DNA of 64,000 bases from Deltaproteobacteria bacterium (lineage in GTDB: Bacteria; Desulfobacterota_D; UBA1144; Nemesobacterales; CSP1-2): positions 224,001 to 288,000 of the forward strand of contig JBQTHB010000006.1 of NCBI GenBank assembly GCA_052390235.1, in the 5' to 3' direction. The position numbers and the translations under genes are program-made. Position 1 is the stretch's first letter, and each line of letters starts with the position of its first letter. A model generated the notes under the pieces. That model saw nothing but the letters and a program-made list of their open reading frames with translations. It was not told the DNA's origin and did not search any database. Below are positions 1 through 11,262 of this stretch, in pieces.

Positions 1-753
1 GAGGTCTAGGGCGAAATCCCGAAATGTCTTTGCGAGGTGATTCTCTCCGTAAAGCCCCTCAATGCCGCATCTGCCGCCGATGTGGTCATAGTTTGCCTCA
101 TCCCCCACCACTACATAGACAAACCCCTCGGTCAGGGGATAGGTCTGGTCTATAAGCGCCCCTTCGGAGGAGACGAAAAGCTCCCTCGATAGGGCCGTAT
201 AAATTGACACCATATTAAACCCGCCCGCCCCGCAGAGTTTCTCTAGGGATTCGGAGACGGATGCGGCTTCATGCGTAATCACCCCAAGCGGGGAGTCCGA
301 TGGGCTTTGCTTGCAAGGGAAAACGACGGTGTCTCTGTGGATTTCAACGGGCATCAGCGATGTTGAATAGAGCGACGAGCCAAGCTCTCTCAGCGCGGAT
401 TTGGCGCGCGCCTTCATAGAGGCATTGGCAGAGGCGCGCTTCCATGCCTGCTCGATGGCGGATTTTACGACCCCGTCGAGAGTTGCCACATCCGACGCGC
501 CAAGGTAAGCGGCGAAGTACCCTGGGGCTTTCATTTCGCCGTCTCCGGCAATGACCCTTACGGACAGAGACATCAGGGTTTCTTCCCTGCTCTCTTTGGA
601 CGCGCCGCTCTGAGCAAGGGCGTATTTGGAGTCGCTTACGCCGAGCCTTAGGTCAAGGTAGGAGCATCCGGGGAGGCGTTTTTGGGAATCCGCGGCAATG
701 GAGAACATCCTATCTTTTTCGGCTTCAATAATTTCAGTCGAGATTTTCCTCAA
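1..753 (-). CDS. TldD/PmbA-family metalloprotease, N-terminal part (runs off window start)
   Basis: Not in ORF track. Translated by hand from TTG at 753 with GGAGG SD; open to position 1. Motifs YLDLRL..SVRVIAG..RELFVSSEGALIDQT are typical of the TldD/PmbA N-region. Confidence 0.7.
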   Translation of the reverse strand, partial: MRKISTEIIEAEKDRMFSIAADSQKRLPGCSYLDLRLGVSDSKYALAQSGASKESREETLMSLSVRVIAGDGEMKAPGYFAAYLGASDVATLDGVVKSAIEQAWKRASANASMKARAKSALRELGSSLYSTSLMPVEIHRDTVVFPCKQSPSDSPLGVITHEAASVSESLEKLCGAGGFNMVSIYTALSRELFVSSEGALIDQTYPLTEGFVYVVVGDEANYDHIGGRCGIEGLYGENHLAKTFRDFALDL

Positions 754-872
754 CGAAAAAACCTCCGAATTTAGGGGTATAAAATGGACTCGGCACAGCG
801 CCGCCGGCAGGAGCCGCGCCTCGATGAAACATCACATCGGGCTATGGATTCCAGCGCGCCCCTAGAAACACA

Positions 873-2450
873 CTAGTACTGCGCGTTGAGGACGCTAATT
901 TCTATTTCCTCAGGGGTGAAATTTAGAAACCCGATGCTCACGTCGCGGAATATTTTTTCGCTCTGAGGCGGGAGAATCCCCAGAATTTTTATCCTGTTCG
1001 AGCCAAGCGGATTTCTACTGCCCGTGCGGGAGTAAAAATCCACGCTGAGTTCGATGTTTCTATAGGTGATTCCGCTCCTATTTTCAAGCACGATTTCCTT
1101 GAGTACGCCTATCGTGCCTGTGATTCCGCTTTTGAGTTCAAATTCCTTGACGATAATATCCTGCTGAGGGAACGCCTCTTCCTCTTCTTCATAAACCTCG
1201 ACCGAATCCCTGCTCACGGAGGATTTAAACGCGTCGTCATCTTCCACGGTCAGCGATCCGTCGTCCGCTCCCGATTCGGCGGCTTGGTCTTCTCCGTCGT
1301 CATCGCCTTTGAAAATTCCGACTATGCTCTTGCCGATTCGAGATACCCCGCTTGAGACCCGCCCGACTATACCCGTCTGTTCCTCGGCAAATTCCTCTTC
1401 ACTCAGAGCTTCGGGGGTTTCCGAGTCCCGCGACGCGATTTCTCTCTCGACAAGCTCTCCTTTGGGCTTGGATTTCGCAGACGGCTCGGCGGCGTTGGCG
1501 TCTTTAACGCCTCCGTCTTTGGCGGCTATTTTCTTCTTATATCTATCGGCTAGGGTCTGCTTTTCGGAGGGTGCGCCATCTTCTTCGGCGGATAGAACCG
1601 TTGAAGAGCCTTCGCCAGAGGACTTTACTCTCGTGCCTCTTTTAACCGGAATGCCGTCTTCGGCGATTCTGAATTTCAGCTCTTTTAGTCCTATCTCTTC
1701 GGCGTTTATGACGCTTATGAGGGTGTTTTTCGTATCGGGATGCTTGAATCCAACGTTAATCTCCCTAAAGGTCTTCGTGCTTCCCGCTGGGAGAACCTTG
1801 TGTATGACGGCAACTGATGTGTAGCCCTCTTTGATGCCGAGCTTAGGCCCTCCGACTCCGAGGTTGTTCACCTTGATTTTGATGTCTTTATAATTATTCG
1901 CGCTCGTGTTTTGGAGGGTTATTTCCTTGAGTATGCCCTCGGTTCCGTATTGCCCGGCTTCCCACTGCCAGTTCTTGACCAAAATGAGATCTTTCGGAAG
2001 CGCCGGAGAGCCTGACTCGATGAGTTCGGCTTTGACAACTCTGAGGACGGATTGTCGAAGCTCGGAGTGCATGAGACCGAAGCTGAGATTATAGAAAGTC
2101 TTCTCGGCGCCCGGCTCTATTACGTCTTTAACCGTAGCCCGGAGCGAACCGAGCGGGGCGTTGCCATCGCTGAAGAACTCGGCCTCGATTTCTATGTTGC
2201 TGTAGGTGTTTTTTCCCCTATTCTCGATGGTGATTTCTCTTATGACGCCCGGTCTGCCCATGCCGCCCGACTGCCATTCAAAGCTCTTGACGAAAATCGA
2301 ATTCTTCGGGGTTTCAGGCTTCGGCTTTTTCGGCGTGGCTGAGGACGGAGCGGACAGCAAAAGAGGCAGGAGAAGGGACGCAAACGCGACCACTGCTAAA
2401 GCTCTAACCCCGAAATTGAATTTACCGTTAAATGAAAAAATGTGTGGCAT
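873..2450 (-). CDS. Secreted protein with three FxLYD-like Ig-type repeats and an acidic disordered linker
   Basis: Signal peptide; three repeats of I.L/IEN....Y.NI.I...F......LGS......I.P...K.F.....GF; long D/E-rich spacer before the third repeat. Confidence 0.55.
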   Translation of the reverse strand: MPHIFSFNGKFNFGVRALAVVAFASLLLPLLLSAPSSATPKKPKPETPKNSIFVKSFEWQSGGMGRPGVIREITIENRGKNTYSNIEIEAEFFSDGNAPLGSLRATVKDVIEPGAEKTFYNLSFGLMHSELRQSVLRVVKAELIESGSPALPKDLILVKNWQWEAGQYGTEGILKEITLQNTSANNYKDIKIKVNNLGVGGPKLGIKEGYTSVAVIHKVLPAGSTKTFREINVGFKHPDTKNTLISVINAEEIGLKELKFRIAEDGIPVKRGTRVKSSGEGSSTVLSAEEDGAPSEKQTLADRYKKKIAAKDGGVKDANAAEPSAKSKPKGELVEREIASRDSETPEALSEEEFAEEQTGIVGRVSSGVSRIGKSIVGIFKGDDDGEDQAAESGADDGSLTVEDDDAFKSSVSRDSVEVYEEEEEAFPQQDIIVKEFELKSGITGTIGVLKEIVLENRSGITYRNIELSVDFYSRTGSRNPLGSNRIKILGILPPQSEKIFRDVSIGFLNFTPEEIEISVLNAQY

Positions 2451-2582
2451 CTGCCTCCTCGCTGTCTAAGTGGATTAAAACGAATGAATAAGACTATATA
2501 TTATCAAACTTTTAGATAGTATCAATTTAAGATTATACACAGAGACGGGACAGGGCGATTTTCCTGCCTTATCGGGGCTAAC

Positions 2583-2611
2583 TTGACAATTAAGACATTA
2601 TATTTTACGTT
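2583..2611 (+). promoter_or_regulatory. sigma70-type promoter of rpsU-dnaG-rpoD
   Basis: TTGACA-17 nt-TACGTT upstream of GGAGG SD and rpsU ATG at 2649. Confidence 0.55.
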
Positions 2612-2648
2612 GTACGTTAAACTTTTAATCCGGTGGAGGAGAGTATTA

Positions 2649-2840
2649 ATGCCAGGAATTGTTGTAGGTAGTAACGAGAGCATTGACAGCGCGCTGAAGC
2701 GTTTTAAGAAGCAGGTCGAGAAAGGCGGTGTGCTTTCCGAGCTGCGCAAAAGGGAATTCTACGAAAAACCGAGCGAAAGAAAGAAGAAAAAGATGTTTGC
2801 CGCCAAAAAGCGCGTCGTAAAGAAAGTGAGAAGATCCTAA
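2649..2840 (+). CDS. rpsU: 30S ribosomal protein S21
   Basis: [41 protein letters not shown]; first gene of macromolecular synthesis operon. Confidence 0.97.
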   Translation: MPGIVVGSNESIDSALKRFKKQVEKGGVLSELRKREFYEKPSERKKKKMFAAKKRVVKKVRRS

Positions 2841-2958
2841 TCCGAGAATTAATATCATCTTAAATTGAATCCGAAGGCGAGCGGTTAATGTGCGCTCCCT
2901 TAGTTGCTTTTATCTTTTCCGTTATTACTAAAGTCAACGGCATTTTTTATTTATTCCA

Positions 2959-4722
2959 ATGCAAGACGCTGCCTACGATTTAGTTATCAAAGAGATAAAA
3001 GGAAGGTTGAGCATTTTAAACCTCGCGGAAAATTACATATCCCTCAAAAAGTCCGGCAGGGGCCATATTGGTCTATGCCCGTTTCACGATGAAAAGACCC
3101 CGTCCTTTCACGTGAACGATGAAAAGGGCATATTTCACTGCTTCGGATGCGGCGCAGGAGGGGACGTTTTCGGGTTCATCATGCGCTATAAAAATATCTC
3201 GTTCCCCGAAGCCGTCGAAGAGCTTGCAAAGCGGGCGGGCATAGTAATTGAAAAGAAAGCCGCCGATACGAGAAAACCGGCAAACGGCGCGCTATTTAAA
3301 ATCAACTCGCTGGCCTCAGCCTTTTATCATGCGAACCTCCTTGAGACCGAAGCCGGAGGGAAAGCCCTCGCCTACCTGGGCAATAGGGGCATTTCATCGG
3401 ATATGATACGGGAATTTCGCTTGGGTTACGCCCCAGCGGCATGGGATGGGCTGGGTAAGTTTCTCGCCTCGAAAAAAGCGCCGATGCCCCTTGCCGAACG
3501 CCTCGGACTCGTGATTAAACGCGCCGGCGGCGACGGGTACTACGACAGGTTCAGGGACAGGATAATTTTTCCGATAACGGATGTCGAGGGGAAAACCGTA
3601 GGGTTCGGGGGCAGGGTTCTGCAGGACGGGCAGGAGCCCAAGTACTTGAATTCGCCGGAATCCGAGATTTACCGCAAGAGAAGCGAGCTGTTCGGGCTTG
3701 ATAAATCCAGAGACCATATACGCAGAGCCGAAATGGCGCTTGTAGTGGAAGGATACATGGATTTTCTCGCCCTCTACGCCTCTGGAATAAAGAACGTCGT
3801 AGCCACTCTCGGCACGTCGCTCACACAGGATCACGCATCTCAAATTAGACGGCACGCCGATAAAGTTCGCATTGTATTCGATGGAGATAAAGCCGGGCGG
3901 GCGGCGTCGCTCAGAGTGCTTGAGATTTTCATCGAACAGGGGTTGTCGCCAAACATGGTTCGGATACCGGAGGGCGAAGACCCGGCGTCGCTAATGGCGG
4001 CGGGAAGGCGTGAGGAATTTGAGCGGCTCTCGAATAACGCCTCGCCTCTCCTCGATTTTTTCATTGAAAAAGCGGCATCGGACTTAGGTATTGGGAAAAC
4101 TACGAGAGCCAAAGCCGCTGAAACCATAGCCGATGTGCTTAGGAAAATGAAAGATGCCGTGGAGAGGAGCCATTACACGAGAAAAACCGCGGAAATCCTG
4201 GGCGTACGAGAAGAGGATATCCTGTCCCTGACTAGAAATAGAGAGAGAAAAGAGAAAATGACGGATTTAAAAGCCCCAAAACAGCCCGACACCACAGAGC
4301 GGTTAATGCTTAAAATCTTAATTAATTTTCCGAACCTCTCGAAATTTCTCCCCCTGAATGATAGATTAATTGACGCCTTCGCCGATGACGAGCTAAAGCC
4401 GATATTTGAAGAAATCACGCTGGGGGGGGTTGGCGATTTATCTTCGCTACTCCTCAAGTTCATCGGGACTCCCACTCAGAGCATGATTTCGGAGATTATT
4501 CTCTCCTCCGACACGGTTAATGAAGAGGCGGCGGCAGAGAGGATGCTAAAGGACTGCGTGAGAAAGCTGAGAAGAAGGAGACTCGAAGACGCATTAAAAG
4601 CGCTGAGGCTTAAAATTGACCGGGCGGTAAACGAAAAAGACGGCACTCTGGAACAAAATCTGATTGCGCAATATAGGGATTTAATGGAGCGAGGCAAAGC
4701 GCTAAAGGGAGAGACGTTATGA
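2959..4722 (+). CDS. dnaG: DNA primase
   Basis: CPFH..CFGC zinc ribbon, [31 protein letters not shown] / FDGD.AG. Confidence 0.98.
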   Translation: MQDAAYDLVIKEIKGRLSILNLAENYISLKKSGRGHIGLCPFHDEKTPSFHVNDEKGIFHCFGCGAGGDVFGFIMRYKNISFPEAVEELAKRAGIVIEKKAADTRKPANGALFKINSLASAFYHANLLETEAGGKALAYLGNRGISSDMIREFRLGYAPAAWDGLGKFLASKKAPMPLAERLGLVIKRAGGDGYYDRFRDRIIFPITDVEGKTVGFGGRVLQDGQEPKYLNSPESEIYRKRSELFGLDKSRDHIRRAEMALVVEGYMDFLALYASGIKNVVATLGTSLTQDHASQIRRHADKVRIVFDGDKAGRAASLRVLEIFIEQGLSPNMVRIPEGEDPASLMAAGRREEFERLSNNASPLLDFFIEKAASDLGIGKTTRAKAAETIADVLRKMKDAVERSHYTRKTAEILGVREEDILSLTRNRERKEKMTDLKAPKQPDTTERLMLKILINFPNLSKFLPLNDRLIDAFADDELKPIFEEITLGGVGDLSSLLLKFIGTPTQSMISEIILSSDTVNEEAAAERMLKDCVRKLRRRRLEDALKALRLKIDRAVNEKDGTLEQNLIAQYRDLMERGKALKGETL

Positions 4723-6329
4723 AGATGAACAGCAAGAAGGGCAAGTACTCAATGGAGAGCAAACCAGCGGGCGTTATTTCCGATGCTTACACTCTGGAGA
4801 CCGATGCGCAAGAAGGCGACTTTGCCCCAATCAGCGGCAACGGCGACGCGGCGGTAGCCTCCGAGAGTTATGACGAATACTCTGCAGAAGGCGCGAAACC
4901 TGAGAAAAACCACGAAGAGCCGCTCTACTCCTCCCCAAGCGACCTGAACAGAAACGGGCAGAGCCTCAGCGAATATGATTTAATCAAATACTACCTCTAC
5001 GAAATCGCCGGATACTCCCTCCTGAGCAGAGAAGAAGAGGTTAAAATCGCAAGGCAAATTGAAAAGGGAAAGAGAATTATCGCCCGCGCCATCGTGAGCT
5101 CTTCGCTCATGCTCAAGGAAGTAATCAACCTCGGCGATAAGCTAAAGAGGGGGATGCTCACCGTGCGCGATATTACCAACTCGGTTGACGATGATTTCGA
5201 TGACGTGGGCGAAGAGGAAACCCTGCTCGGAATCAAGAGGTCAATAAACGAGATTAAGAAGCTCTATCTGGACAACGGCAAGGTGAAGGATAAATTCCTC
5301 ATGGCCTCGGCAAGCGTTAAGAGCCTCTTAAAACAAAAACTCAAGAAAAACAACGAAAAAATCATCTCCTGTTTAGAGCAGATTAACCTGAACAAAAACC
5401 AGATGAGCCGGATGCTTTCCGTAGTAAAAACCTTCATAAATCGAAACGACCAACCCAGAAACCCCCATCACGCAGCCACGTCGGAACCCCAAGTTGTCGC
5501 CCCGAAGAGAAGGGATTCGTCCGCAAAAAACCTGGGCGAGAGCATCCCGAAGCTCAGAACCGCTATCAGGCGAATAGAGCTTGGCGACAAAGAGGCTTAC
5601 AAATCGAGAAAACGCCTAGTGGAGTCTAACCTCCGCCTCGTTGTGAGCATCGCAAGGAGGTACATTAACCGAGGGCTTCCGTTCCTCGACCTCATCCAAG
5701 AGGGAAATATGGGACTCATGAGAGCGGTGGATAAGTTCGAGTATCACCGAGGGTATAAATTCTCGACTTACGCCACTTGGTGGATACGGCAGGCAATAAC
5801 CAGGTCAATCGCCGACCAGTCGAGAATCATCCGAATCCCCGTTCACATGACCGAAACCATCAACAGGCTCATCAGGGTCTCAAGGGCGCTCGTTCAGGAG
5901 CTTGGGCGTGAGCCGTTCCCCGAAGAGGTCGCCGAGAGGGTCGGGATGCCAGTTGATAAAGTCGCCAGAGTGCTTAGGATTTCCAAAGACCCGATTTCGC
6001 TCGAAACCCCCATTGGAGACGAGGAAGACAGCAAGCTCATGGACTTCATTGAGGACTCCAATACCCTCTCGCCAATTCAGGCTTTCCAGATGAACGAGCT
6101 TAAGCAAATCATCGGCGAGGCTCTGTGCTCGGTCTTAAACACCAGAGAAAAGGACATAGTGAAACTGCGCTTTGGAATTGACGAGGATAAAGAACACACG
6201 CTTGAGGAAGTGGGGCAGGAGTTCTCGGTAACCAGAGAGAGAATCCGCCAAATCGAGGTCAAAGCCATCAAGAAACTCAAGCGCGCGAGCAGAACCTTCC
6301 CGATAAAAAGCTACATCGAAAACAGCTAA
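4719..6329 (+). CDS. rpoD: RNA polymerase primary sigma70 factor
   Basis: [60 protein letters not shown]; downstream of dnaG. Confidence 0.9.
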   Translation: MKMNSKKGKYSMESKPAGVISDAYTLETDAQEGDFAPISGNGDAAVASESYDEYSAEGAKPEKNHEEPLYSSPSDLNRNGQSLSEYDLIKYYLYEIAGYSLLSREEEVKIARQIEKGKRIIARAIVSSSLMLKEVINLGDKLKRGMLTVRDITNSVDDDFDDVGEEETLLGIKRSINEIKKLYLDNGKVKDKFLMASASVKSLLKQKLKKNNEKIISCLEQINLNKNQMSRMLSVVKTFINRNDQPRNPHHAATSEPQVVAPKRRDSSAKNLGESIPKLRTAIRRIELGDKEAYKSRKRLVESNLRLVVSIARRYINRGLPFLDLIQEGNMGLMRAVDKFEYHRGYKFSTYATWWIRQAITRSIADQSRIIRIPVHMTETINRLIRVSRALVQELGREPFPEEVAERVGMPVDKVARVLRISKDPISLETPIGDEEDSKLMDFIEDSNTLSPIQAFQMNELKQIIGEALCSVLNTREKDIVKLRFGIDEDKEHTLEEVGQEFSVTRERIRQIEVKAIKKLKRASRTFPIKSYIENS

Positions 6330-6441
6330 CCCTAGGGGTGAATTCGGAGTAATGGGAAGGTAATTAATAATATAGATTGCGCCATTGAAGTCCGGTCGTC
6401 CAGAATCCGGCATGACAGGGAATAAATAGAGAGGTTATCGC

Positions 6442-6921
6442 CTATTTTAAATCCCCGAAGACGAACCCGCCGAGGAAGTCGGCTTTGGACTCTTTGACTA
6501 TCATCCACACGCCGTTCACTTTGGCAAATGCTATCACTTCCTGCGCCAGAAACTCGCCCTCGTCCTTATCCACTTTCACGCGAACCTTTACCTTCTGAAA
6601 CACCTCTATTTGCTCGCCGCGCCTGTAAACGTCCCTATCGAGCGACGAGAGCGCGATTTCATCGAATATAGAGATATTGGCGAGGAACCTCTTTTTAATA
6701 TCCTCCAAGCCCAGATGCTTGCCCTCTGCATCTTCCCTGTAATTGGGGGCTATTAAAGAGAGATATTTCTCAACGTCTCTGGTCTCGAAGGCGTTTTCCC
6801 TAGACGCAAGAACCGCCTCAATGTCGCGCTCGGATGTGTCGGCGCAGGAAAGGGCGGCGGCAAGAGCGAGGCAAATAATAAGGGCGAGAATCGGCAACTT
6901 AGTCATTTTTCCGCTTCTCAA
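6442..6921 (-). CDS. NTF2/SnoaL-like fold lipoprotein
   Basis: Lipobox ALSC; AFETRDVEKYLSLIAPNY ... NGVWMIV pattern typical of NTF2-like domains; possible start 6906. Confidence 0.6.
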   Translation of the reverse strand: MRSGKMTKLPILALIICLALAAALSCADTSERDIEAVLASRENAFETRDVEKYLSLIAPNYREDAEGKHLGLEDIKKRFLANISIFDEIALSSLDRDVYRRGEQIEVFQKVKVRVKVDKDEGEFLAQEVIAFAKVNGVWMIVKESKADFLGGFVFGDLK

Positions 6922-7727
6922 TTGGTTGAATCTCTCTCCTTTTTTTCTATCTTGGAGAGCAAATCCGAGGCTTCGGAGCGGTATTTCGTGCGTGGAAACT
7001 CATCTACCACGCGGGTCAGGGCTTCGCGGGCAGGGGAGAACTGCTCAGCTTCAAAATAGAACTTCCCCATGAGAAACAGGGACTCCTCAAACACTTTCGT
7101 GTCGGGATAGTTGGTTACGACGCCTCTGAACCTCTCGGCGGCGGCTTTGGGATTATCGCGGCTCGCGTAGTATCTGCCGATGGTAACCTCGCGTTTAGCT
7201 AGGATGTTGCGGCACTCGACGATTTTCTTTTTAACCTCTTCGGCTTCGGGAGCGGCGGGGAATTTATCGAGATAGGCGGTGAAGCGGTTTATAGCCTCCC
7301 TAGTGCTTGTGGGGTCTCTGTCGTAGTCGCGTCTCAGGTTGTAGTGAGAAACGGCGAGGCGGTAGGTGGCGTAGGAGGCCTCTTTGTGGTTCGGATGCCG
7401 GCTTAGAAAAGCCTCGTATTCAATGGCGGCTTGCTCGTATTCTTCTTTTTTGAAATACGCGTCGGCGGCTCTGAGTTCGGCTAGAGTGGCGTAGGAGCTA
7501 TAGGTGTATTTGAGCTGTATGTCCCTGAGGACGGCAAATATCCTCTCGTAATCCGTGCCGCTTAGAAAACCTATCCTACCCTCTTTTTTGGACAACTCCT
7601 TGATTGCTATCTGATAGAGCTGTTCGGGGGATTCTTTGCCCGTGGTTAGTTTCTTGCCCCCACCACAGGAGGAGACGGCTACAACGGCAAAAACGACGAC
7701 GAGAAGAGAGGCTAATTTTTTCATCAT
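6918..7727 (-). CDS. bamD: Outer membrane protein assembly factor BamD
   Basis: Lipobox VSSC, TPR repeats, YDRDPTSTREA, LAKREVTIGRYY. Confidence 0.92.
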   Translation of the reverse strand: MMKKLASLLVVVFAVVAVSSCGGGKKLTTGKESPEQLYQIAIKELSKKEGRIGFLSGTDYERIFAVLRDIQLKYTYSSYATLAELRAADAYFKKEEYEQAAIEYEAFLSRHPNHKEASYATYRLAVSHYNLRRDYDRDPTSTREAINRFTAYLDKFPAAPEAEEVKKKIVECRNILAKREVTIGRYYASRDNPKAAAERFRGVVTNYPDTKVFEESLFLMGKFYFEAEQFSPAREALTRVVDEFPRTKYRSEASDLLSKIEKKERDSTN

Positions 7728-7831
7728 TTTAACATATTAGTAAGGGGCGAGGTCAATGTCAAGCAGGGAAACGCACAGAATCACCGGCGTATTAGGCAGT
7801 GCGCCGAGGTGTCAGGAGGCGGGAGGGTTAT

Positions 7832-7859
7832 TTGACAAAATTACGGCGTCGCTTATTAT
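7832..7859 (+). promoter_or_regulatory. sigma70-type promoter of rib-nusB-trp operon
   Basis: TTGACA-16 nt-TATTAT about 60 nt upstream of ribBA. Confidence 0.55.
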
Positions 7860-7921
7860 TAAAACTGAAATTGCGTCCCAAGCCTCATAATTCACAGGAA
7901 AATCCATAGGGTTATTATCTA

Positions 7922-9130
7922 ATGTCTATTTGCTCGATAGAAGAAGCAATAAGTGAAATTCGCAGCGGTAAAATGGTAATTCTCGTTGACGACGAGGATA
8001 GAGAAAACGAAGGGGATCTAGTTATAGCGGCGGAATTTGCGACGCCTGAGATGATAAATTTCATGGCGAAGCACGGGCGGGGACTCATCTGCATCGCCAT
8101 CACGCAGGGCAACGCCGACCAGTTAGGACTCCAGCAGATAAAACCCGAAAACACCCCCGTTCCGCAATACACAGCTTTTACAGTCCCCATTGACGCAAGG
8201 CACGGCATCACCACTGGAATCTCCGCCTATGACAGAGCCTCCACAATAAAACTCGCCATCGCGGACGATTCGAGACCCGAGGATTTCATCCGCCCCGGTC
8301 ATGTCTTCCCCCTCATATCCCGGCCCGGCGGGGTGCTTGTAAGAGCGGGACACACCGAAGGCTCGGTTGACATGGCGAGGCTCGCAGGGCTCAAGCCGGC
8401 ATCCGTAATCTGCGAAATCATGCGCGACGACGGCGACATGGCAAGGCTCCCAGACCTCGAGAAGTTTGCCGCGCATCACGGGATTAAAATGGCGACCATT
8501 GCCGACCTCATAAGCTACCGCCTGCGCTCGGAGAGTTTAGTAAAGAAATCCGCCTCGGCTCACCTCCCCACATCATTTGGCGAGTTTCAAGTCATGGTCT
8601 ATGAGAGCGAAATTGACTCTCAGCATCACGTGGCGCTAGTTAAGGGGGAGATTAATCACGAAGAAGATGTGTTGGTGAGGGTTCACTCCGAATGCCTCAC
8701 GAGCGACGTTTTTGGCTCTATTAGATGCGACTGCGGCCCTCAAATTCATCAGGCTATGCGGATAATCGAAAAAGAGGGCAAGGGAGTAATCCTGTACATG
8801 AGGCAAGAGGGACGCGGCATCGGGCTGGTGAATAAAATCAAAGCCTACGCCCTTCAGGACAGTGGTTTCGACACAGTTGAGGCGAATGAGGCGCTCGGAT
8901 TCAAGCCCGACCTAAGGGATTACGGCATAGGCGCGCAGATGCTCCTCGATTTGGGCATCAGAAAAATGAGGCTTCTGACGAATAATCCGCGGAAAGTAAA
9001 AGGGCTCGAGGGGTTCGGGCTTCAAATCAGCGAGAGAATCCCGATAGAAATTCCGCCCAACGAGAGAAACTCCAAGTACCTTAAAATAAAAAAAGACAAA
9101 CTAGGCCATCTTCTTTCCATGGTGGATTAG
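7922..9130 (+). CDS. ribBA: Bifunctional DHBP synthase / GTP cyclohydrolase II
   Basis: [49 protein letters not shown]. Confidence 0.98.
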   Translation: MSICSIEEAISEIRSGKMVILVDDEDRENEGDLVIAAEFATPEMINFMAKHGRGLICIAITQGNADQLGLQQIKPENTPVPQYTAFTVPIDARHGITTGISAYDRASTIKLAIADDSRPEDFIRPGHVFPLISRPGGVLVRAGHTEGSVDMARLAGLKPASVICEIMRDDGDMARLPDLEKFAAHHGIKMATIADLISYRLRSESLVKKSASAHLPTSFGEFQVMVYESEIDSQHHVALVKGEINHEEDVLVRVHSECLTSDVFGSIRCDCGPQIHQAMRIIEKEGKGVILYMRQEGRGIGLVNKIKAYALQDSGFDTVEANEALGFKPDLRDYGIGAQMLLDLGIRKMRLLTNNPRKVKGLEGFGLQISERIPIEIPPNERNSKYLKIKKDKLGHLLSMVD

Positions 9131-9145
9131 CCCCAAGGAGAATTA

Positions 9146-9622
9146 ATGCCTCACGTTTACGAAGGTAGATTCGACGCCGCCGGCATGAAATTCGGTATCG
9201 TCGTGAGCCGTTTCAACGGCTTTATAACCGACAGAATGGTGGAAGGGGCGCTAGATGTGCTTATAAGACACAACGCTTCGGACTCGGACATTGACATAAT
9301 CAAAGTGCCCGGCTCTTTTGAAATTCCCTTAGCGGTGAAAATGGCGGCGAAATCCGCCAGATACGACGCCGTCATCGCCATCGGGGTAATCATCAGAGGG
9401 GAGACCCCGAATTTCGACTATCTATCGTCCGCGGTCATAAAGGGCATAGCCTCTATCGGGCTTGAGACCTCAGTTCCAGTGGCATCAGGGGTTCTCACCA
9501 CAGAGACCGTCGAGCAGGCTATAAACCGCGCAGGGGTGAAATACGGCAACCGCGGCGGCGAGGCGGCGGCCTCGGCTATCGAGATGATAAACCTCGCCAG
9601 AGCGTTCCACAATAAAAAATAA
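9146..9622 (+). CDS. ribH: Lumazine synthase
   Basis: VSRFN, VPGSFEIP, IRGETP; between ribBA and nusB. Confidence 0.97.
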   Translation: MPHVYEGRFDAAGMKFGIVVSRFNGFITDRMVEGALDVLIRHNASDSDIDIIKVPGSFEIPLAVKMAAKSARYDAVIAIGVIIRGETPNFDYLSSAVIKGIASIGLETSVPVASGVLTTETVEQAINRAGVKYGNRGGEAAASAIEMINLARAFHNKK

Positions 9623-9727
9623 CCGGACGCGCTATCTTGATTCCCTGCCGGCGCACCCGCAAACGCGGTTAAGGCGTGGTGAGCGCGTCGAGCATCTGAA
9701 CATTCACAGACACATCGAATCGTAATC

Positions 9728-10171
9728 ATGGGCAAAAGAAGACGCGCCAGAGAAATTACCATTCAATTCCTATATCAATACGAATCCCAAGCCGAGTTCA
9801 CTTCGGAAGGGGTGAACCGCGAAGAGGTGGTGAAATTATTCTGGGCGGCGAGAGAATCCGAACGGGATGACGGCGATGTTTTGCGCTTTGCCAATAGCCT
9901 CATCAGCGGGGCGTGCGATAATCTTCAGAGCATTGACGACGTCCTCAGCAAATATTCAAAGCACTGGCGAATCTCGCGAATGTCCAAAACTGACAGAAAT
10001 GTCCTCAGAATGGCGGCTTATGAGCTGGTCTATTTGAGAGATATCCCCCCCCCTGTTACTATTAACGAGGCGGTCGAGCTTGCCAAGAAATACGGCACGG
10101 AGGAATCAGGCGCGTTCGTAAACGGGATTTTGGACAGAATTCGCCAAGCCCTAGAAAGCGGAGAGCTTTGA
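9728..10171 (+). CDS. nusB: Transcription antitermination factor NusB
   Basis: RRRARE, DRNVLRMA.YEL, INEAVELAKKYG...SGAFVNGILD. Confidence 0.97.
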   Translation: MGKRRRAREITIQFLYQYESQAEFTSEGVNREEVVKLFWAARESERDDGDVLRFANSLISGACDNLQSIDDVLSKYSKHWRISRMSKTDRNVLRMAAYELVYLRDIPPPVTINEAVELAKKYGTEESGAFVNGILDRIRQALESGEL

Positions 10172-10172
10172 G

Positions 10173-11210
10173 ATGATTAAAGAAGCCATTGCTAAAATCA
10201 TAGAACGTATAGATTTGCAGGAATCCGAGATGTCGCAGGTGATGCGCCAAATTATGGATGGAATAGCCACTCCGAGCCAGATGGCGGCGTTTCTCGTGGG
10301 GCTTCGAATGAAGGGAGAAACGGTCTCCGAGATTACCGGCGGGGCGAAGGTGATGATGGAGAAAGCGGTCAAAATCAAACCCGCTCGCCCGATAACAGTT
10401 GACCTCTGCGGCACAGGGGGCGACTACACGGGGACATTTAACGTCTCGACGGCGGCATCGTTAATTGCGGCTGGGGCGGGATGCTCAGTAGCCAAGCACG
10501 GAAACCGCTCGGTTTCAAGCCCGGTTGGGAGCGCGGACGTGCTTGAGGAGCTTGGGGTAAATATCAACCTCTCGCCCAAAGGGGCCGAAGCGTGCCTAAA
10601 CGAGGTGGGAATCGCCTTCCTCTTCGCCCCAGTCTATCACACGGCAATGAAAAACGTTGCCCAGTCCAGACGGGACATAGGCATAAGAACGGTCTTCAAC
10701 CTACTAGGTCCCATTTCAAACCCGGCGGGGGTGAAGCGCCAAGTCCTAGGGGTTTATTCCGACATACTGCTCGAGCCGATAGCCAAGGTTCTAAGAAACC
10801 TCGGACACGCAAGGGCGATGGTCGTTCACGGCGTTGACAGCCTCGACGAGATAACCGTAACGGGGAAAACCACGATTGCCGAGCTTAAGGACGGAATGGT
10901 AAAAACCTACGCGTTCGACCCCGCTGAACTCGGCTTCAAGAGGCGAAAGCTCGAAGAAATCAAGGGCGGAAACACGAGGGAAAACGCCCAGATTTTGCTC
11001 TCGATTCTAAGAGGAGAGGAGCGAGAAGCGAAAAGGGAAACTTCTCTCCTCAACGCCGCCGCCGCAATACTGGTATCAGGAGAGGCTTCGGACATGAAAG
11101 AGGCTCTGGAGCGCGCTGAGGATTCCATTGATTCTCAGAAAGCGCTCGATAAGCTCAACGAACTGACGAAATTCTCAAGGGCTTGGATAGAGGAGATTCC
11201 CGCGAATTAA
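10173..11210 (+). CDS. trpD: Anthranilate phosphoribosyltransferase
   Basis: DLCGTGGD, FNVST, KHGNRSVSS..GSADVLE, RTVFNLLGP. Confidence 0.97.
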   Translation: MIKEAIAKIIERIDLQESEMSQVMRQIMDGIATPSQMAAFLVGLRMKGETVSEITGGAKVMMEKAVKIKPARPITVDLCGTGGDYTGTFNVSTAASLIAAGAGCSVAKHGNRSVSSPVGSADVLEELGVNINLSPKGAEACLNEVGIAFLFAPVYHTAMKNVAQSRRDIGIRTVFNLLGPISNPAGVKRQVLGVYSDILLEPIAKVLRNLGHARAMVVHGVDSLDEITVTGKTTIAELKDGMVKTYAFDPAELGFKRRKLEEIKGGNTRENAQILLSILRGEEREAKRETSLLNAAAAILVSGEASDMKEALERAEDSIDSQKALDKLNELTKFSRAWIEEIPAN

Positions 11211-11262
11211 CCCGCACTCACCGCCGCTCGGTGATTTGCGAAATCTTAAATTAAACTCCGAT

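Noticed and set aside
6330..6441. tRNA after rpoD
   Set aside because: No cloverleaf or T-loop (GTTCRA) signature. I recognised no tRNA or rRNA in the window.
7860..7921. FMN riboswitch before ribBA (and TPP riboswitch before thiE)
   Set aside because: UTRs are too short and lack the conserved motifs.
9623..9727. Structured RNA between ribH and nusB (GACGCGCT/AGCGCGTC stem)
   Set aside because: Only short GC-rich complementarity; no recognisable family.
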